A DNA stretch of 63,073 nt, filler included, from Octopus bimaculoides (GCF_001194135.2; 8 parts of 8 records of this genome joined end to end with filler, not necessarily neighbours in it), one strand, 5' to 3'. Positions 12,341-26,012 are shown, counted from the first letter of the whole stretch. Notes: a model not told the origin generated them from the letters alone. Numbers and translations: made by a program.

Positions 12341-13491
12341 CACCTTAAATTAAGTGTTAAAGATTAACAACAGAGAGTAATTGAGAGAAGAGAAGAAATG
12401 AAAAAAGAAAGATAATTCGATATGAATGAGGATGAGTGAGGAATGAAAGTTGGTATTGAATTGAAGTAAAACGAAGTGAATGGATATCTGTTAGTTTCAA
12501 TGATGAGGATTTAGTCATTCAAATAACTGAGTTAGCTCTACCCATTGAAATAGCCTGAGAGTGGCAGACATGTGTATCCTTAATGACTGAATGAGACAAC
12601 AGGGTGTGATTGTTTTTGAAGGTGTCATTCTGGTACAGCTGACTAGATGTTGAACGTGTTTTGATGACAGTACTGAGGCAAACACGCACATGCATGAGTT
12701 GAAATATACACTTGCAGATGGAGGTGTGGGGCGAGAGAGAAATATTACAATTTATTAAATGAACACAAAGGACATACACATTTCCTTCCTCATATACATA
12801 AAGAGAAATATGCTCATATACACAAAGAGAGAGAGAGAGAGAGAGAAAGAAAGAGTAATAGAGAGAACTCAGCAATGCCAAATAAACAGTGCCATAACAG
12901 CTGTGCCAAAAGGTCCCATACCCACTTAATGATATGTGCAGAATCAGCATGACTGTATCTTTGAATTACATGTAGAATCCATCTAACAAACTTCCACACA
13001 GTTTCCATTGACTCAATTTCACTTCTCACAATGGATTAGGGTGACCCAAAGGGCAATGAAAAAAACAAAAAACACTTGCACTAGATACCACAGAGTGGGA
13101 TCAAACCCAAGTCCTCCTGTTCACAAAATGAACTTCTTAACTCTCTGGCCATGCTGCATCCTGAACTATCCGATGTGATAATGACTAAAGTATCAATATG
13201 ATGTGATGCTTTAGTCATTTGGTGTTTTAGTCATTATTAAATGGGTTATAAATAAATATCTGGATTAAAAGCTACATATGTGTACTCTTGCTATGAAATT
13301 AAGCCCCATGGGGGCCTTTCCAGCAGCTTGGGATGTGGATTACACTAACTAGATCAATTTAGTATTAACAGTTTAATATTATTTAACAATTTATTAAGAT
13401 CCATTCAGTGCTCCTTCTCAAGTTCTGAGCATAAATAACAGAAAGATATTTATTCAACTCATTTGATACCAACCTCTCTGAGACTGACTCA

Positions 13492-13563
13492 GGTTCTATG
13501 ATACAATGGTAAAACACTTGACGCGTAATCACAGAGATGTGAGTTCAAGTCTCATGGCTGGCC
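13492..13563 (+). pseudogene. Degenerate tRNA-Thr(CGT)-like sequence
   Basis: GGTTCTATG start, loop CG-CGT-AA, T-arm GTGAG-TTCAAGT-CTCAT, oligo-T a few bases downstream. Acceptor and anticodon stems are mismatched. Confidence 0.5.
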
Positions 13564-14024
13564 GGTAATGTATTTTTCTGAAATATATGGATAATTTATC
13601 CTGATCACGCTATTTATAGCATTAACACGCGTTTGAGAAATAAATTTATTTCCGTATCTTAAAATATAAATGTTTAAACTAAAACTTTCCAACATAATTT
13701 TATATAGGAAGAATCACATTTTCTTCTTTTTTTAATGTTAACCTACATTTATTATGATGAACCATACCCTGACTGAATCCAGAAAGTGAGAACTTGTGTA
13801 GAAGATCAAAGAAATAGTGGCCAGACAGGTTGGCCGAGGACATGTGTGACAAATATAAAAACCTGAAGTTACTAAGGCTCACACAAAATGGCACAGGAAA
13901 TACAGACAAAATAATAAGGGAGTGATTTGAATTAGATTTGGCTGCTGTTTCTAGAAGCCTGAGTGACTATATACTGGCTCCTTTATTGGTTCATTAGCTG
14001 ACAGGTTGCATAAAGGGGTAACTG

Positions 14025-14700
14025 ATAGTAACATGTATTCTAGCTGTGGTCATCCTATCCTAGCTGACCTGTTTATTCTAGCAATAATTATTATGTTCCA
14101 AATTTGGACAACCTGTTCTAGCAGTGACTATCTTAATCAGACTGTGATCAACCTATTTTAGCTGTGGCTTTCCTGTTCTATTTATGACCAGTGTGTGTGA
14201 GTGGAGGCGCAATGGCCCAGTGGTTAGGGCAGCAGACTCGCGGTCATAGGATCGAGTTTCGATTCCTAGACTGGGCATTGTGAGTGTTTATTGAGCGAAA
14301 ACACCTAAAGCTCCACGAGGCTCCGGCAGGGGATGGTGGCGAATCCTGCTGTACTCTTCCACCACAATTTTCTCTCACTCTTACTTCCTGTTTCTGTTGT
14401 GCCTGTAATTCAAAGGGTCAGCCTTGTCACACTGTGTCACGCTGAATATCCCCGAGAACTACGTTAAGGGTACATGTGTCAGTGGAGTGCTCAGCCACTT
14501 GCACGTTAATTTCACAAGCAGGCTGTTCCGTTGATCGGATCAACTGGAACCCTCGACGTCGTAAGCGACGGAGTGCCAACACACATGACCAGTGTATTTT
14601 GGCTGTAACCATCCTGTTTTAACAGTAACTTTCCTATTCTAGTTGCAACCATCTGGTTCTTGCTGTGACCATTCTCTTCTGTCTATAACCAACCTGTCTC
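14025..14700 (+). repeat. Degenerate ~20-bp minisatellite (CCTGTTCTAGCTGTGACCAT-like) interrupted by a SINE
   Basis: Related units on both sides of the SINE at 14199-14584. Confidence 0.65.
14199..14584 (+). mobile_element. SINE family C, full-length with target-site duplication
   Basis: Head GGAGGCGCAATGGCCCAGTGGTTAGGGCAGCAGACTCGCGG; tail GTAAGCGACGGAGTGCCAACA; ATGACCAGTGT present on both sides. Confidence 0.93.
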
Positions 14701-15111
14701 TTTGTTGATTCTTTTTTTTTACATGATACACAATAGAATACATACATTACTCTTATACATGAACATATTTCTAGCCTTGTTCTAAAATAAGGGTGAGGAA
14801 TAATAATAGCTTTTTAGCGGGACAACCGAGTTTAGTAACCCATTTGGAATCTCATTCAGTTTTATTGCAGCAACGAGGACTGGAATATATTCTTATTAAA
14901 TATTCTATTTAATATCAGATGTATCCTGTGCTTTTAGACTAGGTGTACTGTATCCCTAGCCACTGAAATTCCAGCTCAAACCATGCCAGCATGTAAAAGC
15001 AGACATAAATTTGATGATTATGAAGATCGTCATTGTTTAACCATCGTCGTCGTTGTCATCATTTAACGTCCACTTTCCATGCTGGCATGGGTTGGATGGA
15101 GATATGGAAGC

Positions 15112-15183
15112 CTCCCCGGTGGGGAATCGAACCCCAGTCTCCTGCGCGACAGGCAGGGATATTTACCACTATACTACCGAGAA
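15112..15183 (-). tRNA. tRNA-Asp(GTC), 72 nt, cloverleaf essentially intact
   Basis: TTCTCGGTAGTATAGTGGTAAATATCCCTGCCTGTCGCGCAGGAGACTGGGGTTCGATTCCCCACCGGGGAG. Anticodon stem CCTGC/GCAGG and T stem TGGGG/CCCCA pair fully; discriminator G. Confidence 0.85.
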
Positions 15184-15333
15184 TATAAATTCATATGCTC
15201 TGTATGGTGTGTTATATATACATTTTTACTCATATACTTATTGCTTAATATATATTTTTTGATGATTTGCGCTAGCTATTGATAAGTACACTAACAAAGA
15301 CACATGCATGCATACATGCTTGTGCACATGTAT

Positions 15334-15366
<33 letters not shown>

Positions 15367-15674
15367 TATGTATATATATATATATATACACATACACACA
15401 CATACATACACGTACACTCACACTCACACACACATATGTATATAAAAAGTTTGTTTGAATGAGAGAGAGCCTGGTTCTATAACAATTACCAAATCTCCAT
15501 TACCAGATGACTTATACTAGATATTGACTGGTGAGTATGGAGGGAGGGAGAGAGAGGGAGAAGGAGAGAGAGAGAGAGAAGGAGAGAGAGAGGGAGAAGG
15601 AGAGAGAGAGGGAGAAGGAGAGAGAGAGGGAGAAGGAGAGAGAGAGGTATACACTTATACATACACACACACAC

Positions 15675-15723
<49 letters not shown>

Positions 15724-15801
15724 CAATGTGTCTGACTGTTACAAAGTTGGACAAGACCCAACTAGGTGAAAATGGAAGTCTTTCTGCTGTCAGACCAGTC
15801 T

Positions 15802-15837
<36 letters not shown>

Positions 15838-16168
15838 GGTAATAACCCCCAAATTGATTTAGATCAAGGTTAGAAATATGTTCTTTATGCATAATTAATG
15901 CAGGTTGTTGTGTTTTTTATCTAATTAAAACAAGGGGAGAAAATGCTGACTTAAGATTTGGGGTATGTAGTTCCATTTCAGAAATACACTGGGGAATTTA
16001 TTGATGAAAAATTTAGCTGCTGAATAAACCGAAAAACTCCATAGAAAGTTCTTTTTGTAACTTCTTGTTGTTATTGTTGCTGTTATTTTTGTTGTTATTG
16101 TTGGTAGTGGCAGGGGGTGCTACTGCTGCTGTTTAACTCTAGCATTTAAACCAGCCATACCCAGTTCA

Positions 16169-16782
16169 GTGAAGGTGCATGGCACAGTGGTTAGAGTGTC
16201 AGACTCACAATCATGAGGCTGTGAGTTCGATTCCAGAACCAGGCTATGTGTTGTGTTCTTGAGCAAGATACTTTATTTCTCATTGCTCCAGTTAACTCAG
16301 CTGTAGAAATGAGTTGGGACGTCACTGGTGCCAAGCTGTATCAGCCTTTGCCTTTCCTTTGGATAACATCAGTGGTGTGCAGAGAGGAGGCTGGTATGCA
16401 TGGGCAACTGCTGGTCTTCCACAAACAACCTTGCCTGGACTTGTGCCTCGGAGGGGAACTTTCTAGGTACAATCCCATAGTCATTCATGACCAAAGGGGT
16501 CTTTACCCTTTAACTTATACACATATAATGGTGTTGAGGATGGAGGCTGGTATGCATGGACAACTGCTAGTCTTCCACTAAGCCACCTTGCCCGGACTTA
16601 TGCCTCAGATGGGAACTTTCTAGGTGCAATCCCATAGTCATTGATGACCGAAGGGAGTCCTTACCCTTTAACTTACGCACATATAGTGGTGTTGAGAGGG
16701 GAGGCTGGTATGCACAGGTGACTGCTGGCCTTTCACAAACAACCTTGCCTGCACTTGTGCCTCAGAGGGGAACTTTCTAGGT
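16169..16782 (+). mobile_element. SINE family E (tRNA head, CORE-like) with its 3' ~157 bp tandemly repeated at least 2.6 times
   Basis: Head GGTGCATGGCACAGTGGTTAGAG..GAGTTCGATTCC, TCTTGAGCAAGATACTT. GAGGCTGGTATGCA recurs at 16387, 16543 and 16701. Confidence 0.88.
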
Positions 16783-16882
16783 NNNNNNNNNNNNNNNNNN
16801 NNNNNNNNNNNNNNNNNNNNNNNNNNNNNNNNNNNNNNNNNNNNNNNNNNNNNNNNNNNNNNNNNNNNNNNNNNNNNNNNNN

Positions 16883-17131
16883 TCATCATCAACACCACCA
16901 TCACTACCATCACTGCCACCACTGACACCACCACCACCACCACCACCACCACCAACATCATCATCATTATCGCCACCATCATCGTCGTTGTCATTGTCAT
17001 CGCCGTTGTCATCGTCATCGTTGTCATCATCACCATCGTTGTCATCATTACTGTCATTGTCATTATTGTCATTGCTATCATCACCATCACCACCACCACC
17101 ACAACCACCACCATCATCATCATCGTCATCG

Positions 17132-17171
<40 letters not shown>

Positions 17172-17220
17172 AATAATCATCATCATCATCATCATCTCCA
17201 TCACCACCACCACCACTACC

Positions 17221-17266
<46 letters not shown>

Positions 17267-17370
17267 CCACCACCACCACCACCACCATCATCATCATTAT
17301 CATTGTCATTGTTGTCATCGCCATCATCATCCTCATCATCATCATCATCAACATCAACATCATCATCGTC
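16883..17370. repeat. (CAT)n/(CAC)n compound microsatellite
   Basis: Direct reading. Confidence 0.97.
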
Positions 17371-18143
17371 AGTGTCATCTTAGACATTGCCGATTAGTGT
17401 TGCAGTTGCTTAATTTAGTTGGGAACAACAATAGATAGTATGTGTATGTGTTTGCTGTGCATGTGTGTAAGTGTCTGCCAGGCTGCCGGTCTGCCTGGCT
17501 GCCTGTTAATTTAGAACAGGGCAGAGAGGGCATGGGTGGACGTCTGATCTAGCCAGAGTGAGAGGAGTTGGCAGTAATCCCATTTAAAGCCTTACTAGCA
17601 AGAGAATGGCACGTGATAGCACAGCAACCAAAAGAACCATCAAGAAATACTCTATCACAAACACAACACACATACACATATATCACATGTGTATAAATGT
17701 ATATATATATATATATATACACACATACACAAACACAGTCTGTCTGCACCTCCACTGTTTCATGCAATCATACAAGCACACACACACATGCACAGGCACG
17801 CATGCAAAAACACATATCCATGTATACATGTATATACATATATATATATATATGTATGTATATATATATATATATATATATNNNNNNNNNNNNNNNNNNN
17901 NNNNNNNNNNNNNNNNNNNNNNNNNNNNNNNNNNNNNNNNNNNNNNNNNNNNNNNNNNNNNNNNNNNNNNNNNNNNNNNNNNNNNNNNNNNNNNNNNNNN
18001 NNNNNNNNNNNNNNNNNNNNNNNNNNNNNNNNNNNNNNNNNNNNNNNNNNNNNNNNNNNNNNNNNNNNNNNNNNNNNNNNNNNNNNNNNNNNNNNNNNNN
18101 NNNNNNNNNNNNNNNNNNNNNNNNTATATATATATATATATAT

Positions 18144-18189
<46 letters not shown>

Positions 18190-18195
18190 ATACAC

Positions 18196-18228
<33 letters not shown>

Positions 18229-18543
18229 CACACACTCACTGTTTGTCTACCCCACTACTGTTTCATGCACTCATACACACACATACACTCACACATATAC
18301 ATATGCACACACACATATACTTACACACATACATACACACAACCTTTGTACCCCTTGGCTCTTTGTAACCCAACGCACTCATACGCATACAGTTTTTCTA
18401 CTTTCCATTAATTTCACACAAATAAACACACACCTGCTTGCACACATGTATGCGCACATGCATGCACACATGCACTCACCCAGACATTCTGTCCCTTTCT
18501 GACCCTTTCATTCTTCCACTCCAACACACAAACATAATAACAT

Positions 18544-18591
<48 letters not shown>

Positions 18592-19677
18592 TTTGTCATC
18601 ATTTAATGCCTATGTTCAATGCTGGCATGGGTTGGACAGTTTGACAAGATCTGAGGAAGTCCATGAACTTCATCAAGCTCCAAAGTCTGATTTGGTACAC
18701 TTTTTGCCACTGGAAGTTCTTCATAATGCCAAACACTTTACAGCATGTATTGAGTGCTATTTTTGTGCCAACTGCACTATCAAGGTCACCATGTTGCTCA
18801 CAGGACTATGAGCCCTGGGGGAGCTTCATGTTGATGGAGTTGGGAAGACGAAGGAAACTATTATGAGAGAGTGAGTGGGGGTGGGGACAGAACAACCATT
18901 CATAAATGCATATACGTACAAGAGTTAACAATAGACGCTTTATGTAGCTGTTAAGACTGCTAGAAACAGCAGGCAAATCTCAAACATCACATTCCATTTT
19001 CTTAAGAAACATGAATGAATAATATAGAAGGAAATGAATTTTGTGTGGAAAGGCAAAGATCATAAGTCTACTTGGTCATGGTTGGCCTGGGGCTAAATAA
19101 AAGTAAGAATATGTAGCCAAGAGCTGGTGAGTGAGCATCTATGTGGTTACTCAACTTGCAAGAAATAGCAGCCAAATTTCTTTCAAAATTACATTCTAGC
19201 AACTCAAAAAATGCAAAGTTTCTGTCAGCTGCCATTGAGATGTCAGATGTTCTAGGACCCTATCCTACAATTTCCTCCACAAAATAGGGATAACAGTGAC
19301 CCTTCAGAGAAACAAGCCCTGTGAGATGGAGTGGCTGCTGCAGCAAATGTCACTAGCTACTCACTGCGGTAATGCCATTGCGGTCATTACTTCAAGGTAC
19401 AGCTAAGCCATGCATTTGTTCTGGGGTATGTTGCCCATTGCCACTTCCCCCTCCATCTTCTGATGCTTTACCCTCCCCTTTTTCTTTTCTTTTCTTATCC
19501 CTTTTTCCTTTCCCATCTCTTTATATTTAAATGTTATAAATAAATAAACTTGTTGGATTATGTAATCAGCAATACACAAATCCTAAAGAAAAAAATCTCC
19601 TTCGTTTAGATATCAGCCCCCTCGGTATTAACTGCGGTACAAATACCCTAAATAACAACATCAACATATATGGGCAT

Positions 19678-20379
19678 CAGTGGCAGCTCATGTACAGGCA
19701 CTGCGGAACTGCAGCATCCCCGATTTCCACCCGATATTATTGATAACATTCAATATAAGTCCTTTTCCCTTAAATTCTTTCTTTATACTTTACATTATAT
19801 AATCCTTAAGCTTAATGTCAGTAGCCATCCCCCACTTTACGAAAAAAATGCAAAAATCCTTGCATAGAACTGTGCACTTCACAGTTTCAGCGATGCAGTG
19901 TGTGGCTGTTGTGCGCATGCTCACATGTCCAAGGCAGGAAACCTTATGCCGGGGAGAGAGAGAGCACTATCGTTCACACTGTGCCAACCTTTGTGTGCTG
20001 GTGAAAGGTAGTGCTTCTTTTTGATTCCGCATGTGTTGTGCTTAAAAATATGTTTATATCCTTGAATGATAAAGTGTTGAATTAGATCATTATCCTGCTT
20101 CCAGCTTCAGTGTTGCTACCAGGATTTGCAAAATAGGGCAGATTTTCCCCCCTTATTTTGTGATTTAGTGGGGATTTTTGAAAAACAAGGGGGAATTCAC
20201 AGCGATGTTAGGTGAACAAATTAAAAACACTAACTGTAAGTGGCTAAAACGTGAACCAATGAAATATATGTATAAATATTCTTTTTATATGTTTATTTCA
20301 TTTTATAATAATATTAAAACAATGGCTAAAAATTTTCTGAAGCAGGACCCCCACTAATTTTATCTATGAGCCACCACTG
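19678..20379. mobile_element. hAT-type non-autonomous DNA transposon (MITE)
   Basis: TIRs CAGTGGCAGCTCAT / ATGAGCCACCACTG; 8-bp TSD ATGGGCAT / ATGGGTAT (7/8 match); no coding capacity seen. Confidence 0.85.
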
Positions 20380-20931
20380 ATGGGTATACATGAAAATTGT
20401 CTCAAAAACCTCTAAAATCTATAACTAAGCTTTCATGCAGCTCTCGTTACATACAAAACCGATTGCAGTCTTTGGGAAGATTGTCACAACACAAACATAC
20501 ATATATGAAAATATCCAGTTAGGTGCCATACTTAAATGTATAGATACCATTGACAAGTAAAATACTATAGTTTTCCAACAGGGTATATATGTTAATTATA
20601 ATGATACATAGATAGCTATTTTGATTGAATGCTACTTCAAAGTATTTTGTTTAATACTTGGATGACTCTAAACGTAAATGTTGTGCACTCTTGTGGGGCT
20701 TTTTGAAAAAAAAATAAAGTATTAATATATAATATATATGTAAAGAAAGACAGGATGACATATATATATATATATACTCCGTGTTTTTCTCCTTGTTTTC
20801 TCTGTAGTCTTTCTGTTGAAGAGCGTAGCTCAAAACATTAAAGACTTTCTCTATTCCCGAGCGTTAAACTAATACATCCTTTTGTTGTTTACACCACCTG
20901 TCCTCGTCTGTTGTTTTTTTCGTAAATTCTC

Positions 20932-20985
<54 letters not shown>

Positions 20986-21049
20986 ATGTATATGTATACA
21001 CATACATGCACATGCACATACACACGCATACACACATACACACAACAAG

Positions 21050-21275
21050 GTTTTTGGCATTATACTGTGATTGAGAAGACCTGTCAAGCCAAGTGAGATT
21101 GTAGTCATGGGCGATACCGGTGCTACTTAACTGGCACCTGTGTCGGTGGCACATAAAGAGCTCCCACAAAACTCTTGAAGTGGTTGGCATTAGGAAGGGC
21201 ATCCAGCCATAGAAACCACAGTCAAACCTTCCATCCCATGCCAGCATGGAAAATGGACGCTAAATGATGATGATG
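21050..21275 (+). mobile_element. SINE family B fragment
   Basis: GGTGGCACATAAA..GGTTGGCATTAGGAAGGGCATCCAGC..CATGCCAGCATGGAAAATGGACGCTAAATGATGATG. Confidence 0.85.
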
Positions 21276-21281
21276 GTGATA

Positions 21282-21347
<66 letters not shown>

Positions 21348-21894
21348 CACGCATATACATATATATATGCACACATATACATATATATATGCACACATAT
21401 ACATGTATAATATGTATTCATACAGTGTCAGACAGCTAAACTGGGACTATTCTTAAAATGTTAGGTTTATAAGTATTATGAATTAAGAAAAAATTAATTT
21501 TTTTGGCATGTATTAAGGCTAAGATATTAAATTTATGTTGCTTTCTTTTTTTTTTGGCATATTTTTGTTAAAGTTTATGACAGAATGTACTAAATTTATG
21601 GAATCACAGTGAGGAAATTTTATTACTGGAATAAGCCATACTGGTTATTGTCCTCATTATGTCATTACTGATACAGGATATGGAAAGCAACAGTTTACCA
21701 TATTCTGGTAAAGCTTAAAGCTATAGCTTTTCTTTTGTTTGTTTCAAGCTGCTGACACCAATCACAAGTATACTTGTACCTTTCTGGCTGATTTGAAATG
21801 ATCTATCACAGCAAATTCATCAATGTGTATGGCCAAATTTGTGAAAAAAATAAATGACCATGATGTCAGTAGCAGGACAATAGCAAGGGCTGTT

Positions 21895-22284
21895 GAGTGG
21901 CTGTGTGGTAAGTAGCTTGCTTACCAGCCACATGGTTCCGGTTTCATTCCCACTGCGTGGCACCTTGGGTAAGTGTCTTCTACTATAGCCTTGGGCCGAC
22001 CAAAGCCTTGTGAGTGGATTTGGTAGACGGAAACTGAAAGAAGCCCGTCGTTTATATGTATATGTATATATATATGTGTGTTTTGTGTGTCTGTGTTTGT
22101 CCCCCCAACATTGCTTGACAACCGATGCTGGTGTGTTTACGTCCCCGTAACTTAGCGGTTCGGCAAAAGAGACCGATAGAATAAGTACTAGGCTTCCAAA
22201 GAATAAGTCCTGGGGTCGATTTGCTCGACTAAAAGGCGGTGCTCCAGCATGGCCGCAGTCAAATGACTGAAACAAGTAAAAGAG
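21895..22284 (+). mobile_element. SINE family A, full-length
   Basis: Near-identical in structure to 11189-11620. Confidence 0.93.
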
Positions 22285-22509
22285 TAATCCTTTAGCATTT
22301 AAACCAGTCATATCCAGCCCAAACATTCTATCTGTTTTATGTTCAAACTGATCAGATCCAGGCTCTCACACCAACTCTACAATGTTATTCTACATCAAAC
22401 AACCACATCGACATCTCAGAGATATAAGATAAAGATAATGCATGATTAATTCAAGACAATGTGAATCAATAAGCATTACATTTGAGTAATCTGAACACTA
22501 AGAGGTTAA
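22285..22509. mobile_element. TTAA-flanked MITE (piggyBac/Kolobok-like termini)
   Basis: TAATCCTTTAGCATT...AACACTAAGAGGTTAA; homologous to 26658-26877. Confidence 0.78.
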
Positions 22510-22669
22510 GCACTGAAGTATTCTCGTAAATCTATTCTAAACATATCAGAGGTGAGACAGTTCCCAAGATCTCATCTGCCTAAAGCATCATGGGATAGAA
22601 AATGAGAAACTTTGTTGACAAAAATTTGTAGCCAACCAAAATCATCATCACTGCAATTTCAGGATTATT

Positions 22670-23060
22670 GGTTTGGGGCCTTCCAAAGTTCCTGCTGTAA
22701 TATAAAGCAAGAATCCGATTTTGGTTATGATGTTTGGAGTCATTGCAAGTAACAGACCTACACTGCTACTTCATTTCATTGAAGCTTGTTATAATACCAA
22801 CACAACTGAGTATTTGAACATCTTTGATAAAGTTCTGATGCTATGGATTAGAAAATATGATCTGAATGAGGTTATGTTTATTCAAAACTCTATACTACAG
22901 TTCACAGTGTATGCAGGATTATTGAAAGGTGAAAATTCCACTGTTCCTACAAAGGGAATCTGGCCTTCTAGCTCACCAGATCTCCATCCATGTGACTTTT
23001 GAATGTGAAGCCTCACTAAGGAACAAAGCCGATGCAATACCTCACATCTGTAGCACTGCT
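22670..23060 (+). mobile_element. Degenerate Tc1/mariner (maT-like) transposase fragment
   Basis: VMMFGVIASN...WIRK...FIQNS...IWPSSSPDLHPCDF*MWS motif series. Confidence 0.78.
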
Positions 23061-24265
23061 TTGACAAGATGCATTCAACCTGACCCCAAGTAATTAGGGC
23101 TGAGAAAGCTCTAGAGATACTTTTTTCTCAATTCCTTGGAAAATGTAGAATGGAAAGTAAGAATTCATAGTCAGCTATATTATCAGGCACTACAATTGCA
23201 GGGTCTTCTATCAATGTGGATGAAGCAAAAAGGGCATGTTTCACCTTCTGAAGGAGGGGGAAGGGGTGGAGGAGGAGGAGGAGGAGGAGGGGAGGAGAAG
23301 GAGGAGAAGGAGGAGGAGGAGAAGAAGGAGGAGTAGAAGGAGGANNNNNNNNNNNNNNNNNNNNNNNNNNNNNNNNNNNNNNNNNNNNNNNNNNNNNNNN
23401 NNNNNNNNNNNNNNNNNNNNNNNNNNNNNNNNNNNNNNNNNNNNNNNNNNNNNNNNNNNNNNNNNNNNNNNNNNNNNNNNNNNNNNNNNNNNNNNNNNNN
23501 NNNNNNNNNNNNNNNNNNNNNNNNNNNNNNNNNNNNNNNNNNNNNNNNNNNNNNNNNNNNNNNNNNNNNNNNNNNNNNNNNNNNNNNNNNNNNNNNNNNN
23601 NNNNNNNNNNNNNNNNNNNNNNNNNNNNNNNNNNNNNNNNNNNNNNNNNNNNNNNNNNNNNNNNNNNNNNNNNNNNGAGGAGGAGGAGGAGGAGGAGGAG
23701 GGGAGGAGAAGGAGGAGAAGGAGGAGGAGGAGAAGAAGGAGGAGTAGAAGGAGGAGGAGGAAAGGCAAAGAAGAAGAAGAAGAAGAAAGAAGACAAGGAA
23801 TCGTAGCAGCAGCAGCAGTAGCAGCAACAGTAGCAGCAACAGTAGTAGCAGCAGAGGGAGAAAAATGATACATCATTTCAGCCTCAATATTTTTACATCT
23901 TAATCCCCAACAAATATCATATCAATATCGCAAGTACTCCTGTGCACTCGTCTCGCTACTCTTTAGGACTACACTCATTTGGGAGGAAGTGCACATTAGA
24001 GGCAGGCGTATCACTCATGGTTTGCAAACAAACATACTGCAAGTGTGTATATTTGGATAGCTAAATAAATACATATATCAGTTTCTGAGATAAAAGTAGT
24101 GTGTATAATGAGGGCTCTTTCGCTCTCTCTCTCTCTCTCCTTCTCTCTATCTCTCTCTGTATGTGTGTGTGCGTACGTGTGCGTTTGTGTGTTAGTGCGT
24201 GTGTTAGTGTGTGTGTGTGTGTGTGTACATGTGTGTACCTGTGCAAGTATGTGTGTGTATATATA

Positions 24266-24304
<39 letters not shown>

Positions 24305-24305
<1 letters not shown>

Positions 24306-24550
24306 ATCATCATCATCATCATCGTTTAACGTCCGCTTTCCATGCTAGCATGGGTTGGACGATTTGACTGAGGACTGGTGCAACCGGATGGCTACACCAG
24401 GCTCCAATCTAATTTGGCAGAGTTTCTACAGCTGGATGCCCTTCCTAACGCCAACCACTCAGAGAGTGTAGTGGGTGCTTTTACGTGTCACCCGCACAAA
24501 AACGGCCACACTCGAAACGGTGTCTTTTATGTGCCACCTGCACAAGAGCC
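24305..24550 (-). mobile_element. SINE family B with (ATC)n tail
   Basis: CATCATCGTTTAACGTCCGCTTTCCATGCTAGCATGGGTTGGACG...GTGCTTTTACGTGTCACC. Confidence 0.9.
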
Positions 24551-24972
24551 AGTCCGGGGGCATATATACATATGTATATATATATGTATGTGTGTGTGTG
24601 TATGCTGTTGATGCAAATGGTTTTTTTATACGGCGCCATTTTTACAATCCTGTAAATAACAATAATAGTATTATTATATAAGCTTAAAGCTTATGGCGAT
24701 CTCTGTGCAATGAAGAAGGAAAATAGTCTAATAAAGGGCCATATAAGCCCTTGATATATGTATATGTGTGTGTATGTGTATATATATAAAGAGACGATAT
24801 ATGTGTGTGTGTGTGTGTATGTATGAACAGGGCATTGCTTCCATTTTTATATTGCAACCAAGTTCAATGATATACTGTATCGGATATTATATGTTTTACC
24901 ATTTTCATTAATTATGTAAGTATGCATATGTATATGTATATGTATATATGTGTGTGTGTATGTATGTATGTA

Positions 24973-25024
<52 letters not shown>

Positions 25025-25961
25025 NNNNNNNNNNNNNNNNNNNNNNNNNNNNNNNNNNNNNNNNNNNNNNNNNNNNNNNNNNNNNNNNNNNNNNNNNNNN
25101 NNNNNNNNNNNNNNNNNNNNNNNNNNNNNNNNNNNNNNNNNNNNNNNNNNNNNNNNNNNNNNNNNNNNNNNNNNNNNNNNNNNNNNNNNNNNNNNNNNNN
25201 NNNNNNNNNNNNNNNNNNNNNNNNNNNNNNNNNNNNNNNNNNNNNNNNNNNNNNNNNNNNNNNNNNNNNNNNNNNNNNNNNNNNNNNNNNNNNNNNNNNN
25301 NNNNNNNNNNNNNNNNNNNNNNNNNNNNNNNNNNNNNNNNNNNNNNNNNNNNNNNNNNNNNNNNNNNNNNNNNNNNNNNNNNNNNNNNNNNNNNNNNNNN
25401 NNNNNNNNNNNNNNNNNNNNNNNNNNNNNNNNNNNNNNNNNNNNNNNNNNNNNNNNNNNNNNNNNNNNNNNNNNNNNNNNNNNNNNNNNNNNNNNNNNNN
25501 NNNNNNNNNNNNNNNNNNNNNNNNNNNNNNNNNNNNNNNNNNNNNNNNNNNNNNNNNNNNNNNNNNNNNNNNNNNNNNNNNNNNNNNNNNNNNNNNNNNN
25601 NNNNNNNNNNNNNNNNNNNNNNNNNNNNNNNNNNNNNNNNNNNNNNNNNNNNNNNNNNNNNNNNNNNNNNNNNNNNNNNNNNNNNNNNNNNNNNNNNNNN
25701 NNNNNNNNNNNNNNNNNNNNNNNNNNNNNNNNNNNNNNNNNNNNNNNNNNNNNNNNNNNNNNNNNNNNNNNNNNNNNNNNNNNNNNNNNNNNNNNNNNNN
25801 NNNNNNNNNNNNNNNNNNNNNNNNNNNNNNNNNNNNNNNNNNNNNNNNNNNNNNNNNNNNNNNNNNNNNNNNNNNNNNNNNNNNNNNNNNNNNNNNNNNN
25901 NNNNNNNNNNNNNNNNNNNNNNNNNNNNNNNNNNNNNNNNNNNNNNNNNNNNNNNNNNNNN

Positions 25962-26012
<51 letters not shown>

